A stretch of 64,000 bases of DNA from Paraphysomonas bandaiensis (GCA_965644295.1 CBFFRP010000355.1:57405-121404); one strand, 5' to 3'. Counted from the stretch's first letter, positions 1 to 12,574 are shown. The notes: a model not told the origin generated them from the sequence alone. Translations and numbers: made by a program.

Positions 1-499
1 TCGTGTAAACGATATTAATAAATCTATCTAGTCTTACGACAATTTCTCTCTGAGATCTAGTTAAGAATGAGCAATTCCCAACAATCTAGGGTTAGGGTAT
101 ACGTGAATCAATAATCAATGTATCTTAATAATCATAACTTAAATGAATTATCATACCCTTCAAATCGCTTTTCTTTATTATGTGGGCAAGAAGATTTACG
201 TGTAAAAATGGTGTCATGCAGGCTTTTATACAGTTTGTTGTATTAACAAATTCTCATTTGCTATATTACCTATTATCCGAAAGCTAAGTGGTTGTGCTAT
301 TACATATCGCCTCAACGGCCAATTACTAAGCCTTTGCACTAGCACTACGAATAAAAAGGTTAATTGCGAATAAAATTGTCATTTTTACTGCAATGAGCTG
401 TGTAGCCGTAATCTGCTATATTCTTGACATACATTTCACTATAAACAATATGGTCCATACAGCAATACTACACTATAGCGTCTGAATAGATAACTCGAA

Positions 500-1585
500 C
501 TAACCATATGGCCAAAACCTCCTAATACGACTTGACATAGTTGACATAAAGCCGAGATTACGATAACGTTTTTGTGTTCCTTCTCGCTTGATGCCAGAGC
601 ATAGCCTCTGATATTCTGTTGTGGCGGACTCAATAGTATGATTGTAAACAGCCAATTGATCTTTATGTAGTTGTACAGCTGCAAGATATAACTCTTTCTC
701 ACATTGTAATTCCTTGTGTATCACGTCTATTACTTCTGGAGTGAACAACTTTTCTGGGGGTGGTCTATTAGGTGAGTCGAACAACTGTTTGTACATCACA
801 GGGGCTCCATGGTTATCAGCCCTAGCAGTGCAAGATCGATCGAGTGGGACCTTTAGTCGCTTCCATAGCAAGTAGTAGAAAGTTGACATGTGTTCCGTTA
901 AGCCAGCAACTGTGAGGTCTCGTCTCATATTATCTGCCGCAGTAGCGCATGAACTGGGATTGTATGGGCGCACTACGAGACGGGTTGTCTGGGAAAAGAC
1001 GTGCTCGTACTCATGTATACCTACGTTGTTGTCTTCAGGGCGCTGCAGAAATGGAAGCGAGGTTCGCATAATAGTAAGAAGATTTTCCATGTCAACGGCT
1101 GTGATATTCAGAGGAGCAATGGTGAGTAACTCCCACGTGGATATCGCATTCTTCAATTTCTGCGATAAACTATCCGATACAGAACTACTAGAAGTGCGAT
1201 TCAGTCTCTCTCCTATATCTTTATGAAAATAGAAAAACATCGATAGTATTCGTTCAATTGGATCTCTAAAAGCAGCCACAAAATACAATTTTGGAGAGTT
1301 TTCAGAGTCGTCTAAAGTTGTGCATTTTCTTCTAATGGATTCCATATCATTTTTTCTATAGACTGCAAGCATTTCATGAGCCGTTGGAGTCGGTCCGCAC
1401 TCTCCTCCATGTTTCCACCATGACACTTTTTGTGACTTATGTGGAGACAGCACGCTATTAATGGACGACCCCCCTACTTTATGAAACTTAAGGTGAAGGA
1501 CCTCCATGCCCTCCTCACAGTGAATGGACGACCACTGGAGGGTGCTGTGTATGAAGAGATATACAATAAATTGATTGATGTGCAT
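500..1585 (-). CDS. Secreted/Golgi-type sulfotransferase (galactose-3-O-sulfotransferase / Sulfotransfer_2-like)
   Basis: Hydrophobic N-terminus; 5'-PSB-like motif HLKFHKVGGSSI and 3'-PB-like motif AAFRDPIERILSMFFY; later GLTE motif. Single 361-aa ORF. Confidence 0.8.
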   Translation of the reverse strand: MHINQFIVYLFIHSTLQWSSIHCEEGMEVLHLKFHKVGGSSINSVLSPHKSQKVSWWKHGGECGPTPTAHEMLAVYRKNDMESIRRKCTTLDDSENSPKLYFVAAFRDPIERILSMFFYFHKDIGERLNRTSSSSVSDSLSQKLKNAISTWELLTIAPLNITAVDMENLLTIMRTSLPFLQRPEDNNVGIHEYEHVFSQTTRLVVRPYNPSSCATAADNMRRDLTVAGLTEHMSTFYYLLWKRLKVPLDRSCTARADNHGAPVMYKQLFDSPNRPPPEKLFTPEVIDVIHKELQCEKELYLAAVQLHKDQLAVYNHTIESATTEYQRLCSGIKREGTQKRYRNLGFMSTMSSRIRRFWPYG

Positions 1586-2922
1586 GTGTCAGTTGATGAC
1601 CATGTATGTATGGTGCTGTACCTATATATGGAGTGGAGTGGGAGATATATAATGCCTGATGGAATGGTATAGGAATTCCTAGTGACTAGACATCTCTATA
1701 CGCTGTTGACAGTTTTGGTTGAGAACTTATGGTCATATAAAAAAGTAGGATTTTATATGAAAAACTAAAATTCATATCAAGAATTCCGGAATTATTCGAC
1801 GCTATACACAGCGGCAGAGTATGATGCCAGATAGGACTATAAATGCATGCCAGATAGGACTCAATGTGATGCGCCTGTGCTGACTTGATAGCATACGAAC
1901 TGGATGTCACTGCACAGCAGCAAGAGTCTAGCATTCATAATCCACTGTCGTGTGTATCACTGTATATATATGGCATTGTAGATATGCTGCTGTGTACACA
2001 TACCTAGAGTTGTTCCCAAGATAGCACGATACGACATCCGTATGCTATTATCATTCTACTGGATTTGGATGCACTGAAAGTGTCTGAGTATTAAATGGAC
2101 AGACATTAATGTAACGGATATATCTTGACACTCTTATATAGCAGAAGATTTTGTAGGTGAAGATAGAAGAATTCTCCTCCCCACGACTGACGATGGTAGA
2201 GTACGAAACGATTTCAGATGATCGAAATCTCGTGTACTGAATTGAAAGTTTGTATGCTGCAAATAATGAGAATATAGCACCTGGAGAAGGTGGCCGTGGT
2301 AACAGTTAAGGTTCATTCACGATAATGTAGACAAGTAGATTGTTGTGCGTGGTTGTCTATTACTCATTTGTGGTAAATTTTTTCGTTAATTTCAAATTCG
2401 AAGTACTACGAACTATTCGTTACTATAGATAGCTACAGATTTAGATCGCTTTCATGCCTAAAAAACGAAATCCCTACAACTATCATACCCCATTTCGAGT
2501 GCGTCTCTTATTATAGTTGAGTGTTGACCAAACTAAGCGATACATATTCCTCTATTACAACACCAAATTTGTGATAAGTACTTGCCATAACACCGAATTG
2601 GAACTACAACGTCAACCTTTGTCATGTTTGGGCGGTGAAATTACATAAAGAACTGAATTTGATATATATTTAATATTTATAAGCTATAATCAATCTCTCC
2701 TCATATTATGTTACCTTACCATTCATTGTCATAGGATTATATGTGTTTCTTGGCGACACTATAGCCCCACTCTTATATGTTCGTCTGCTGTATAGATCTA
2801 GCAAACAACCGGCTCAGCGCGACCCCGATGTATATAGTACTTAAACAACAATATTTTGTCAGCATTAGGTATCTAAAAAATTTGATGTGACGACTATTTA
2901 ATTCAAGCAATATGAAAGTATT

Positions 2923-3090
2923 CTAACTACAATCTAGCACCCTACTAATTTCTAACTTCAATCTTAGTTGAATAACAGAGCCACCATTGATATTGTAATC
3001 GGACAGCATGCAGGAATCATCCAATCGTTTTCCATTGAAAATAAGTTGTTGCAAACTGTTAGGAATTCTTGTCATCCTTGTATTCACTCC
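2923..3090 (-). pseudogene. Ubiquitin-like domain fragment (degenerate gene or orphan exon)
   Basis: Manual minus-strand translation GVNTRMTRIPNSLQQLIFNGKRLDDSCMLSDYNINGGSVIQLRLKLEISRVLDCS* aligns with ubiquitin [38 protein letters not shown]. No terminal GG; in-frame stops immediately upstream. Confidence 0.65.
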
Positions 3091-3514
3091 CTACAATGAT
3101 TATGGGCGTGTGAAATATGTCACCGTAGCATTTCTGCCCAAAACGTTTTCATCCATACACTCCATCTTGCCTGGTTTATGATTTTGTCATGTTTAAGCGC
3201 ATTTTTATTTTAATTTCATTACATTTGTGTCACTAATATTTTACTCTCTGCTGTCACAGTTGGCCGCTAAACTTCGTTCGAAGACGTCGAAAACGTACAC
3301 AAGACGTATGCTTCATGTTAAAAGGGTTAATAGACAAAAAAAATTAAATAATCAAGGGACGTGTACAGTTAGGATAAGTTACATGAGCTACAATTCGTCA
3401 TGTAATACCAGCATCACTACATATTACATATTTCCAGTGTAGCAGCCTAGTCCTGTACAGACACGTACCATTCATGCATACCGTACTACATGAAATTATA
3501 CTTGTATATTTAGC

Positions 3515-4594
3515 TTAACTACGTCCAGTAACTTTGCTCATTAAAAACTCTATGCTGTCAACCACATAATCCGCACAGTACTCGTGAAATGCCCATGCAC
3601 GGTGCAAAACTTTAGCCAGTGGACTCTTTCCCCTCGTTAAAACTAGTCTAGACATCAGATCAACAGGGAGGTGCTCAATTAACACTGCTCGCCAATTGTT
3701 ATTAGTATTTGTTGGGTCCTTAAGTAACATTCCAGTATCACGACTGAGGTGCCCCGCTTCCTCCAGAGCTGATATAACCAAGTCAGCTTCCTGAAATGTT
3801 ATATGTAGAAACCATAAACGTTTTACTAAGTAGGAAGATGTGACAGGTAAAGGTTGGCATTCTTGAAAAACTATATCACCTATATGGTACCCTGAGCTCA
3901 CTAGCATATCCATATTACTTCTAACTTGTCGTAGCGTATGAGAATCACGACTCATAGGGTTAAAGACAACAGGAACTTGGCGCAGCTGAGCCCGTGAGGA
4001 GGCTCGCATGATATCTAATGACATAGATTGTACAACAATTCCATTAAAGAGATTGGATATCTGCGCAAGTTTCCACACGAATCTACCGCCCGAACTACAG
4101 CCCAATGCAAATATCGGTATATGCTCCAATGCATACTCCTTCTGTACGGCTTGAACTGCGGAAACAACTCCAGCAATATCACCATCTCCCCAACACCCCG
4201 ACTGTCGGTCTAGACTGCTCATAGCTATTACAGCAAACTCCTTTGATACAGATGCCTGCACAATTGCTACCTCCTCTGCTAAACCGATGCACGCAGCACA
4301 ATGCGGAGATGGTGGCCAAAAGTCATACGCAGAATGTGTACACGCATGAGCTACAAACATGATTCCTTGAACATGCGATATATTCTCTGGGAGCTGGAGT
4401 AGAATCTGCGATCCATATTTACTACCATGTATAATGATCGGGTGGTGTTGGTGTTTTATCTCTTCAGTCGATTCAGATTTATGGGCCTCTAAAATCGGTC
4501 GTCGACTCAAGAAAACCACATAAACAATCACTGATACGCTGCACAGCAGCAGTAAAACCCATTTGATTTTTAGTTTTCCTGATCGTGATACCAT
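3515..4594 (-). CDS. Type II membrane alpha/beta-hydrolase-fold protein
   Basis: N-terminal transmembrane segment (WVLLLLCSVSVIVYVVFL); nucleophile elbow GCSSGG; HACTH oxyanion-region motif; C-terminal AFHEY candidate catalytic His. Confidence 0.65.
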   Translation of the reverse strand: MVSRSGKLKIKWVLLLLCSVSVIVYVVFLSRRPILEAHKSESTEEIKHQHHPIIIHGSKYGSQILLQLPENISHVQGIMFVAHACTHSAYDFWPPSPHCAACIGLAEEVAIVQASVSKEFAVIAMSSLDRQSGCWGDGDIAGVVSAVQAVQKEYALEHIPIFALGCSSGGRFVWKLAQISNLFNGIVVQSMSLDIMRASSRAQLRQVPVVFNPMSRDSHTLRQVRSNMDMLVSSGYHIGDIVFQECQPLPVTSSYLVKRLWFLHITFQEADLVISALEEAGHLSRDTGMLLKDPTNTNNNWRAVLIEHLPVDLMSRLVLTRGKSPLAKVLHRAWAFHEYCADYVVDSIEFLMSKVTGRS

Positions 4595-5142
4595 TTTATG
4601 TACCAGAGAGAACGAGAGGGTTCGGCTGCAGGCTAGAGTCAGTGCATGTGTGTCTATGAGAGGTACGAGCTGAGATTACCATAATATTACAATGTTGCTG
4701 TGTTGTATGTGCTGTTAACGGCATTGACTAACGTCAATCTGACACAGAATATGGAATGAGATGATGAGATATGCATGCAGTGATGTCCAACTAAGAGTAG
4801 AGTATGATTTCCAGTGCTCGGCTCGATCTGCTATCTGAAGGCAGGGTGGTTTATAGCACTGGAGTGGATATGTACATGTAGTTCACATGCATATCGTGTA
4901 CTGCTGTTTTCATACTCTTAGAGATTTGTGCAGTAGTACAGCTGTACTACATCTCCTCAGTATGGATGTGTTTTTGTGTTTTTGTACACATGGAGTGTAC
5001 TTACGTTCTTTATACGAGTACAGCATCCATGCAGCGTCTGCGTACAGCAGTGCATTAAGTCAGCAGGTCAGATGGGACGAATGGAAGCAAGCGATGTGTG
5101 TCCATCGAACTCACGTATAACTCACCTGACGAGAATAGAGTG

Positions 5143-6843
5143 ATGACAATGAACACTGTTGGGTTGGGACATCAGTTAGAGGAGTATCTGGATCACAGTG
5201 ATAACGTACAGGGGCTCATAGATATACTGAACTCTCATGGTGGGAATGTATGGGTGGATGTTATGACTGATACTGACCGCACTGTGCTCATGAGTGCAGC
5301 TAAGCGGGGTCGATATGAGGTGTGTAGATATACACTACAGAGAGACATCAGATCCATCAATCGTCAAAACAAGAGGGGGTATACAGCTCTGCACTACGCT
5401 GTATTTAATGGTCATTATCATGTTGCTCAGCTGCTGTGTGGTCATGGAGCTGACATGCATTGTAAGAATAGATATCAGGAATCTTCATATGATGCTGCCT
5501 GCTCTGCTGGACACTACACTCTTGCATTCTCAATGATATCTGATCACCTGTTTCCCGCACCTTCGCTACCTAGTGAAGGGGAATATATTCTTCCTTTCAA
5601 GAATAGTACATGTAGTGTCAGTGGATCTAGTCAAAGTGTCCGGAAAGCTAATATGCAGCAGTGGTTAGATTGTGATTCAATCAGTACATTTACGCCCACA
5701 TATGATGACCGTGGCCAACATAGTTTAGGGAACTCCTTCTCAGATTATTCTGGGTTGTTTCATCCATTAATATCTCGTCGTAATGTGAGTGTTCTGTCGG
5801 CCAAAATCCATGATGAAAATAAAAGTGTGGATCCTGTGAGTGGACCGGAGACGTTTACAAATACTGTTGGTTTTCTAACCTCTACAGAAGAACTAAGTGA
5901 ATACTCTATAAGAGTTGTGGGTGTGGTTAATGGAGGAACAGCAAGGGTTGGAACAGAATTCAATTGTTTTGATTTTTCTCCCACATCCGCTTCAAACATT
6001 GTGACCATTGGACGCAGCCGACAGTGCACCGTATGTTTGGCCGATATTTCGCTAAGTAAAATTCATGCACAGATAGAGCACATTCCCGACACTGGCTTGT
6101 GCATTCGTGACTTGGGTAGCAAACATGGTACTTATGTTAATGCAACTAAGCTATGTGTTCCGGGTTCAATAGAAGGAAAAGATACTGATGGTGTTTGCAG
6201 CAAATACAGTTGTGTGGTGCGCTCACCAGATGATACAATACAAGTAGGACGGGTGGCCCTTCAAATACATAAAAGGAATGTCGCAGATGAGACATCGGAT
6301 AAAGAGTACGTGTACAGTGTATATATGTCTGTCATTGAAATATTCTTGTTTATACCTTGGATGGTTTCTCGATATATGGTTGAGCTTACAAGGCACTGCT
6401 TTTGTATGAATAGGTTAAATTTACGAAAAGAAATGGGAAGAAAGTTATACGACGCCACGCGCCGTGCACATGAGCTAGAATCCGCACTTTCCCGGTCTAA
6501 TAGGCCAAAGAAAGCCTCTATTCCGAAGTTATACCCCCCTCTTGCTCATCTAATTCCTACTGCTTCAACCTACTCAGGAAATAGTAACGCTTCTGAATCT
6601 ATAAATATCGACTCGGAGACTTTTGTTGGCCGAAGTTTACTGAAAAAAATGGGATGGAAAGATGGCGTGAAGTTGGGAAGATTGGGAGGCGAGGCAAATG
6701 GTCCAGTTGAGGTGAAGCAAAAGAAAAATAGGTATGGTATCGGAACTGAAGAATTTCCTGATACACATTACGACGCCAAAAATGAATCAAGAAAGTCTCA
6801 TGCATATAAAATGACACAAATGAGATTTAATGCTCTGGGCTAA
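5143..6843 (+). CDS. Ankyrin repeat + FHA + G-patch protein
   Basis: Ankyrin repeats (RTVLMSAAKRG, GYTALHYAVFNGH); FHA motifs (IGRS, LSKIHA, DLGSKHGTYVN); G-patch (VGRSLLKKMGWKDGVKLG..RYGIG). Likely ATG at 5143 or 5149; probable in-frame 108-bp intron 6306-6413 retained in the ORF track. Confidence 0.85.
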   Translation: MTMNTVGLGHQLEEYLDHSDNVQGLIDILNSHGGNVWVDVMTDTDRTVLMSAAKRGRYEVCRYTLQRDIRSINRQNKRGYTALHYAVFNGHYHVAQLLCGHGADMHCKNRYQESSYDAACSAGHYTLAFSMISDHLFPAPSLPSEGEYILPFKNSTCSVSGSSQSVRKANMQQWLDCDSISTFTPTYDDRGQHSLGNSFSDYSGLFHPLISRRNVSVLSAKIHDENKSVDPVSGPETFTNTVGFLTSTEELSEYSIRVVGVVNGGTARVGTEFNCFDFSPTSASNIVTIGRSRQCTVCLADISLSKIHAQIEHIPDTGLCIRDLGSKHGTYVNATKLCVPGSIEGKDTDGVCSKYSCVVRSPDDTIQVGRVALQIHKRNVADETSDKEYVYSVYMSVIEIFLFIPWMVSRYMVELTRHCFCMNRLNLRKEMGRKLYDATRRAHELESALSRSNRPKKASIPKLYPPLAHLIPTASTYSGNSNASESINIDSETFVGRSLLKKMGWKDGVKLGRLGGEANGPVEVKQKKNRYGIGTEEFPDTHYDAKNESRKSHAYKMTQMRFNALG

Positions 6844-7270
6844 TTGTGAGTTATTTTGTTGTGTTTTATTTTGTTCACAGTCATACTCAGTTACATTCAT
6901 ATGGCTCTCAACTATTTGGAATGGAATAGGTGTAAATCACTTGGCATGATTTACTATTACTGTTAGGAGCTTTTCCTCAATAAATTATATATTTAATTTG
7001 GACTGCGCTTGTCCTAATTTTCTCCCAATCATCGTGTAATAGATTGGAGGTCAATGTAATTAGAGTTATAGCTGATTACAAGATTTCAAGCAGCCATGAT
7101 AGTTGTGTTCGACAGTGTGATATGAATATATTACTAGACCACGTCATGAACTTGTAAAGGAATTCAATCATGGTTAACTAGAAATTAATCAAAAAGGGAT
7201 TTCACTAGTTGCTAACTGTATTCTACACATAGTAAAAGTGTATTAATACACCCACAATGTTATCTTGTTG

Positions 7271-10174
7271 TTATTTGTTGTCTTCGGTATCGGAACCCAA
7301 CAACTTTCGAAAATATCTTCCCAACCTCTTTTTATGGGGTTTTCCACTGAAGAACATGCTACCCAGGGATAGGGAACAATATATTGTATTGCAATACATT
7401 GTACAATATATTGCAATATATTGTAAAATATATTGATTGGTGGACTGGTCAAATATTCCATCAATAGTGTTTCTGCTAAAAGAGCTCACAATACTATTGC
7501 AATATATTGCAATCAATATTATGATAGTCATATAAGAGAAGATTCTCAACTGTAGGGTGCAAAATGGATATAAATAACCGAGAAATTGATTACAACATTA
7601 CAAAAGATAATGAAGCTGATGCTGACTATACGACTAAAAATCTTCAGTCAGCTCAAAAAATTAAGAAACGTACAGATCCACGAGTCATTAACGGTTGCCT
7701 GGCCTTGGTATGTACTTCCAATACATGGGAACGTCTGTTCAGCACAGCTAAACATATTATATCAGTGTTGCGCAAAAGTATCCATCCTACTTAATATGCT
7801 GTTGTTTTAGAAAGCTATTCGACAGTTATGGCCGGATACTAGCATATTTCAATTAATTCTGTGGATGAATATGGTGATGTTGACGTCACCGATGATGGCT
7901 CAGAGGATGAGGACGAGGTGGATTTTTAGTAGCTATAAGCAGCAGTTGGTTTGGTTGTCATGTGATCTTAATGACTAATACTAAAAATGAAATCTACGGA
8001 TGTGTTTACCTACTGATTAGTCAAACTAATATATCGCAATACATTGACAATATATTGCAATATATTGTAATTGTATTGTAGGACCGGTTTAAAAAATCCA
8101 TCAATACTATTGATGGAACGCTATCTAACAATAGTATTGCAATATATTGTTCCCTATCCCTGATGCTACCCACGCTCGCTTCACCAGAACTAACTGTACT
8201 CTTAACAATAGTGAGTTTTTCAAAGTACAACTCAGGTTTTACAAACGGTCTTTGAGAAGGAAAGGATAGCATATCCGGTGTAAGGTTGTCGTATCGGGGG
8301 CCGTGTGTTTCTTTAACAGAAAGTACCAAATCCAGTACATTTTTAGGAAAAACAAACCACGCATAGGCCTGTTTCTCTCCATTGTAAAGTACACTTTCGT
8401 AATCCTCACAGGAAGAAAATTCAGAGCCCATTGCGTAAAGAGAGAAGGATTCGTCATATAATACGAGTGCTGCTTGTAGAGTATTCTGAAAGTAGTCGTC
8501 ACTATTGGTGCTCCTTAAATTCTCGCTCCCACTGTTAGCGCAATGTTGTACTGAATTTATATATTCATTTCCCCTACCAATAGAGAGAAGTGTAAAGTTT
8601 TGTGGTGACAATACACAAGAACGGTTAACTCTCTGACTACCCCTATGTGTCCACTGGTCAGTCGAAGAATCGAACGTATACTATATATAGGCAATGAGCA
8701 ATTGGCGGTACCATCAAACACATGGTACATTATCTTACCTGTGGTAAAAGCTTCCAGGCATGTGTAGCGACATCTCGGATAGCTTGAAGTATAAAATTTG
8801 CTTCTTCATCACTATTGAAGTAAACCAGACTCAATCTTGTGAAGCCAGGCTTTAAGTATTTAAAATCGGCCAATACTTGGGACAGACTTTCAGCCTCCTT
8901 CGAATCCATACCAAATAAACGTATTACATAAGGTCCAGCACACATGCATCCACTACGTGACTGTATTCCATACATATCATTGAGAACAGTAGACACGAAA
9001 TTATGGTGAAGGTAGCGCTGGTCACACCGAATCAAGAACGATAAAATGGGTAACCGCTTAACGCAGCCATCGCCAAGTGAATGGCCTAGTAAAACAATAT
9101 TGGGGTGTTGTAGCATTGTTGCAGATTTTGTTACGAATTCGGTCTCGCAATGTTCAATATAATTAACGCCATATTCGTTTTTTATCTTGAATACGAGAAC
9201 CGATCGGATGCACCCCACTATATCTGGAGTTCCACCTTCCTCTCTTTCAGCTACATCGTGCAGATATTGATGTGACTTATCAGTGACATACAATACAGTT
9301 CCTCCTCCGCTGGTAGATGGTACAGCACTTAAAATTGTTGATTTCTTGGCTATAAGTAGACCGGCTGCCCCAATTCCGCCTATAAATTTGTGTGGTGATA
9401 TGAAGATTGCATCTTTATAGGCCAAGTCACTGATTTGAGAGTTCATATCTATTGGAACATAAGGAGCCACACCCGCATAGTCGAAGCATGCAATGGCATT
9501 ATACTTATGTAGCAGTATTGCTACTTCATCTGTATCGGTCAAAATACCTGTTACATTAGAGCCAGCAGAAAACGAACCAACCAGAACACTTCTGTGGGAG
9601 AACTTCTGAAGTTCTTGCTCCAAATGCACAAGGTCAACCGCCCCAGAAGAAACATCTTCATGAATTTCAACTACCTGTTTATAACTTAGCGATTGATACT
9701 ATATATAGAGTGTACATCGATCACCTGAGCGCCAGACTCTCGCCATGGTAACAAGTTAGAATGGTGCTCATATGGTCCAACAAAGACAACTGGACGGTCT
9801 GCCCGTGATGCCTGCTGACAACGTTTTTCAAGCTCTATCAGTCTCACAAACTTGTTTATTGCAGCTGTCGATCCGCTTCCTGTGAATATCACCACATCCT
9901 TCTCATTACAGTTCAATTCTTTGGCGATTAAATTCCGAGAATTTTCTCGAGTTTCTGTAGTCTGCCAGCCAGTGATTGAGGAGCTGGTATGTGTATTGCC
10001 ATATAGCGGCAGCACATGGGACTCTACATATCTCTCTACTTGATATAATCCACGAGAACTAGCCGTCCAATCAGCATATATGATGCGTCTATCACCGAAT
10101 GGTGTTTGAAATGTTTGCTGAGCGCCAATTACGCCGCTTACTAAGCTATCGTGTACTTGTTGGTGATTGATCAT
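7271..10174 (-). CDS. Class-V PLP aminotransferase / cysteine desulfurase-like protein, 3 exons, last exon interrupted by the hAT element
   Basis: Motifs YADWTASSR, YGNTHT, GPYEHHSNLLPWRE, DYA, SPHKFIGG (PLP lysine), RSGCMCAGPY. Introns 9675-9724 and 8681-8738 join the ORFs in frame. The ancestral stop is at 7271; with the insertion the frame stops at 8021. Confidence 0.88.
7364..8162. mobile_element. Non-autonomous hAT-type DNA transposon (799 bp)
   Basis: Perfect 23-bp TIRs CAGGGATAGGGAACAATATATTG; 8-bp TSD ATGCTACC at 7356-7363 and 8163-8170; subterminal CAATATATTG-like repeats; internal remnant TSNTWERLFSTAKHII..RKSIHP (ORF 7564-7794) resembles the hAT C-terminal dimerisation motif. Confidence 0.92.
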
Positions 10175-10750
10175 TGAAGGAACTGCTGTGGATTGGATAA
10201 CAACTGACTATCAATGTAGGAACATTTAGTGCGGTGTGATTATGTTGTGTTAGATGTATATGTATGTATGAGCATGTAGCTACATACATGTGTATACATG
10301 CAGTGGAGGTGTTGTAGATGAGTGTGTACGTATTTCTTGTACATGGACAAGATTATAGCCAATGGAAAGAGTTTACATATCGCTGATTTGAGGATTGGTA
10401 TATGGGGACACTTCAACACGTACAGTATTAATGTATCAGTATACAGGTGCTGTACATTGCATTGGGTTGAGGTAGTATTGAACTTCAAGTTTCTCATCTG
10501 ATGTAGAACACTCTGTACGTGTATATACATACTGTACATATATACATATACCTACAGTACATACTGCTGTAGATATATACAACACACGCAGTCGTAGTGT
10601 ATACCAAGCAGCGGTGCATACAGAGAGCAGCAGTATGCTCATGTATAGCTTGTCCATCTATTAAGCTTATCACATCCTTCCAGTATCCTTCCAGTCAGGC
10701 ACATTTCCTTCTAGAATCACAGTTGTTCATCTGGGTGTAGTAGTATTCAT

Positions 10751-12237
10751 ATGGGTAATGCCACTAGCGGTGCAATGGCACTGGAGAACGATGACAACCC
10801 CCTGACCAAAGATGAGCAACTAGCTATCAATAAACTATACGAAAGTTTACTTGAAGACAATGTGCCATCTCAGAAAAAGTTTACTGATATGTTTTCTTCT
10901 GAAATTTACCCAAATTTTGGCTGTGCATGCTACTCATTCCTTGTTGATAGTGCGCCTATGACGTTACCATTATTTCAGAAGTTTGTTATAAATGGTTCAC
11001 GCTCTCCTTCCAACCGATTGTTGCAACTAGTTTGGAATATTATACAGAATGACTCGACTGTTAGAAGTGATCGCATAGTTGAGTATTTCTTTCGACTTGT
11101 ACTGGAGCTCAGTGGGTGTGAGCTCAATGGAATGGATGTAACAGCCACTCGACTCAGCAATTATGTCAGACAAACTTGTAATAATGGCGAACCACCAAGT
11201 TGTCGCACAGTCATTAACTGGACCAATGAGTATGCACCGTACACAGCAAAAGTTTTTGTTACTTATGTAAACCGAAAATGCTTCGGAGATATTGAACTTC
11301 AGTATGAAGCTTTTAATCCCCCGTTACTTCGTGGAGGAAGTTCGGTTCTCTCCCAATGTGACGTAATTCCCTTAGCTTTATATGATAAATCACTACAAGG
11401 GAGCTGGGAGAGGCTGTATACCACCCAGCAGGATGGCTTCAGTTTCAACCGCATAGCACACCATATTTTGGGATATAGGGTATGTGTATTTGATGTGTCT
11501 ATCTTCATAACTCAATGCCGTTCGATATTTTAGGGACCTTCGTTGATACTTATTAAGTGCCGTGGTAGTGATATTGTGCTAGGTGCTTACAACGAGGATC
11601 AGTGGAGAGATTCCAATAGGTAGGCTACTGTTTTTGTATTATGTATTTATTTTGATAAGTTTCGTAGGTTCTATGGGAATTCTGCGTCATTTTTATGTGT
11701 TCTGTCTCCAGATATAAAAATATTCAGAAGTAAGTGTGAGTCTAATGATAACTACCAGTGGCTCAACATAAAGGTATCCAACTGCTGAAAGTAGCCATAT
11801 ACTCATGCTGCCACCTATCCATTCGTGTCTAAGTGTTGTATAAGTCCTACAGCACACCACGAGGTCTCGGCATGGGAGGTACGACAGAAAAATTTCGAAT
11901 CTTTATCCCCGATACCCTGGAACAGTGCAGCGCCCATTCCAGTTGCTCAACATTTGAATCTGGAGACTTGATGAATACGCCGTCGGAGATATTTGACATT
12001 GAAGTAATGGAAGTGTGGGGATGTGGCGATGATGACCTTATTCACGATGCTCTTGCTGCCCGAGATAAAGACAGGGGGGATCGAGATGACATGATTCGAA
12101 AGGCGAGGCAGGTAGACAAGGCTGCGTTTGCAAATAATTCCTTTGATCAGGAGTTTTTATTACCAAAAAACTTTTCTCATAAAGTTCGTATGGTGGATGA
12201 CGCAGCAGCTGGATCCTGTGACAGTAAACCTAATTAA
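10751..12237 (+). CDS. TLDc-domain protein with N-myristoylation motif (MEAK7/TLDC1-like), multi-exon
   Basis: MGNATS start; WERLYTTQQDGFSFNR, GLGMGG, STFESG, IEVMEVWG TLDc motifs spread over exons separated by short introns (first 11480-11533). Confidence 0.85.
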
Positions 12238-12574
12238 ATTTATTTTGTCCATATAACAGAAGTATATTTATAATTAGTAACCATTTATACAACTTGTCAT
12301 AGTAGACCACTTTTATAATTCCCTACAAGTTCAGTCGTCCCCTATCCGCTTGCCCAAAAATCTGAGCAGACTAGTAAAGCCCCAGACTAGTAAATTTGGG
12401 AAAATAGAAACACAATGGGTATTTTTGAGGTGGGGTTCAAACATGAGTTGTACGTTATTACTCCAGCTATACTCGTATTTAATTCGTATGAAGGTAGCTA
12501 GAACAAAGCGTGTACAGTTTAAGTAGTGGTTATAATTAAGAACATGCCTGGCAAAAATATACGATACTAAATAA

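Noticed and set aside
2000-2320. Possible decayed plus-strand gene divergent from the sulfotransferase
   Set aside because: Coding-like composition but multiple stops and no recognisable motif; cannot be supported without a search.
7375-7510. CAATATATTG-type repeats as a CRISPR-like array
   Set aside because: Short, irregular, no unique spacers; they are subterminal repeats of the hAT element.
7364-8162. Element acting as a self-removing intron (Introner-like)
   Set aside because: The GT and AG in or beside the TSDs would delete 4 or 8 exonic bases and shift the frame.
10240-10657. Short Y/I/H/T/C/V-rich ORFs here and at 14230-14487, 19260-19609, 47330-47634, 53555-54004
   Set aside because: Translations of TA/CA/TG low-complexity promoter or intron sequence, or antisense to real genes.
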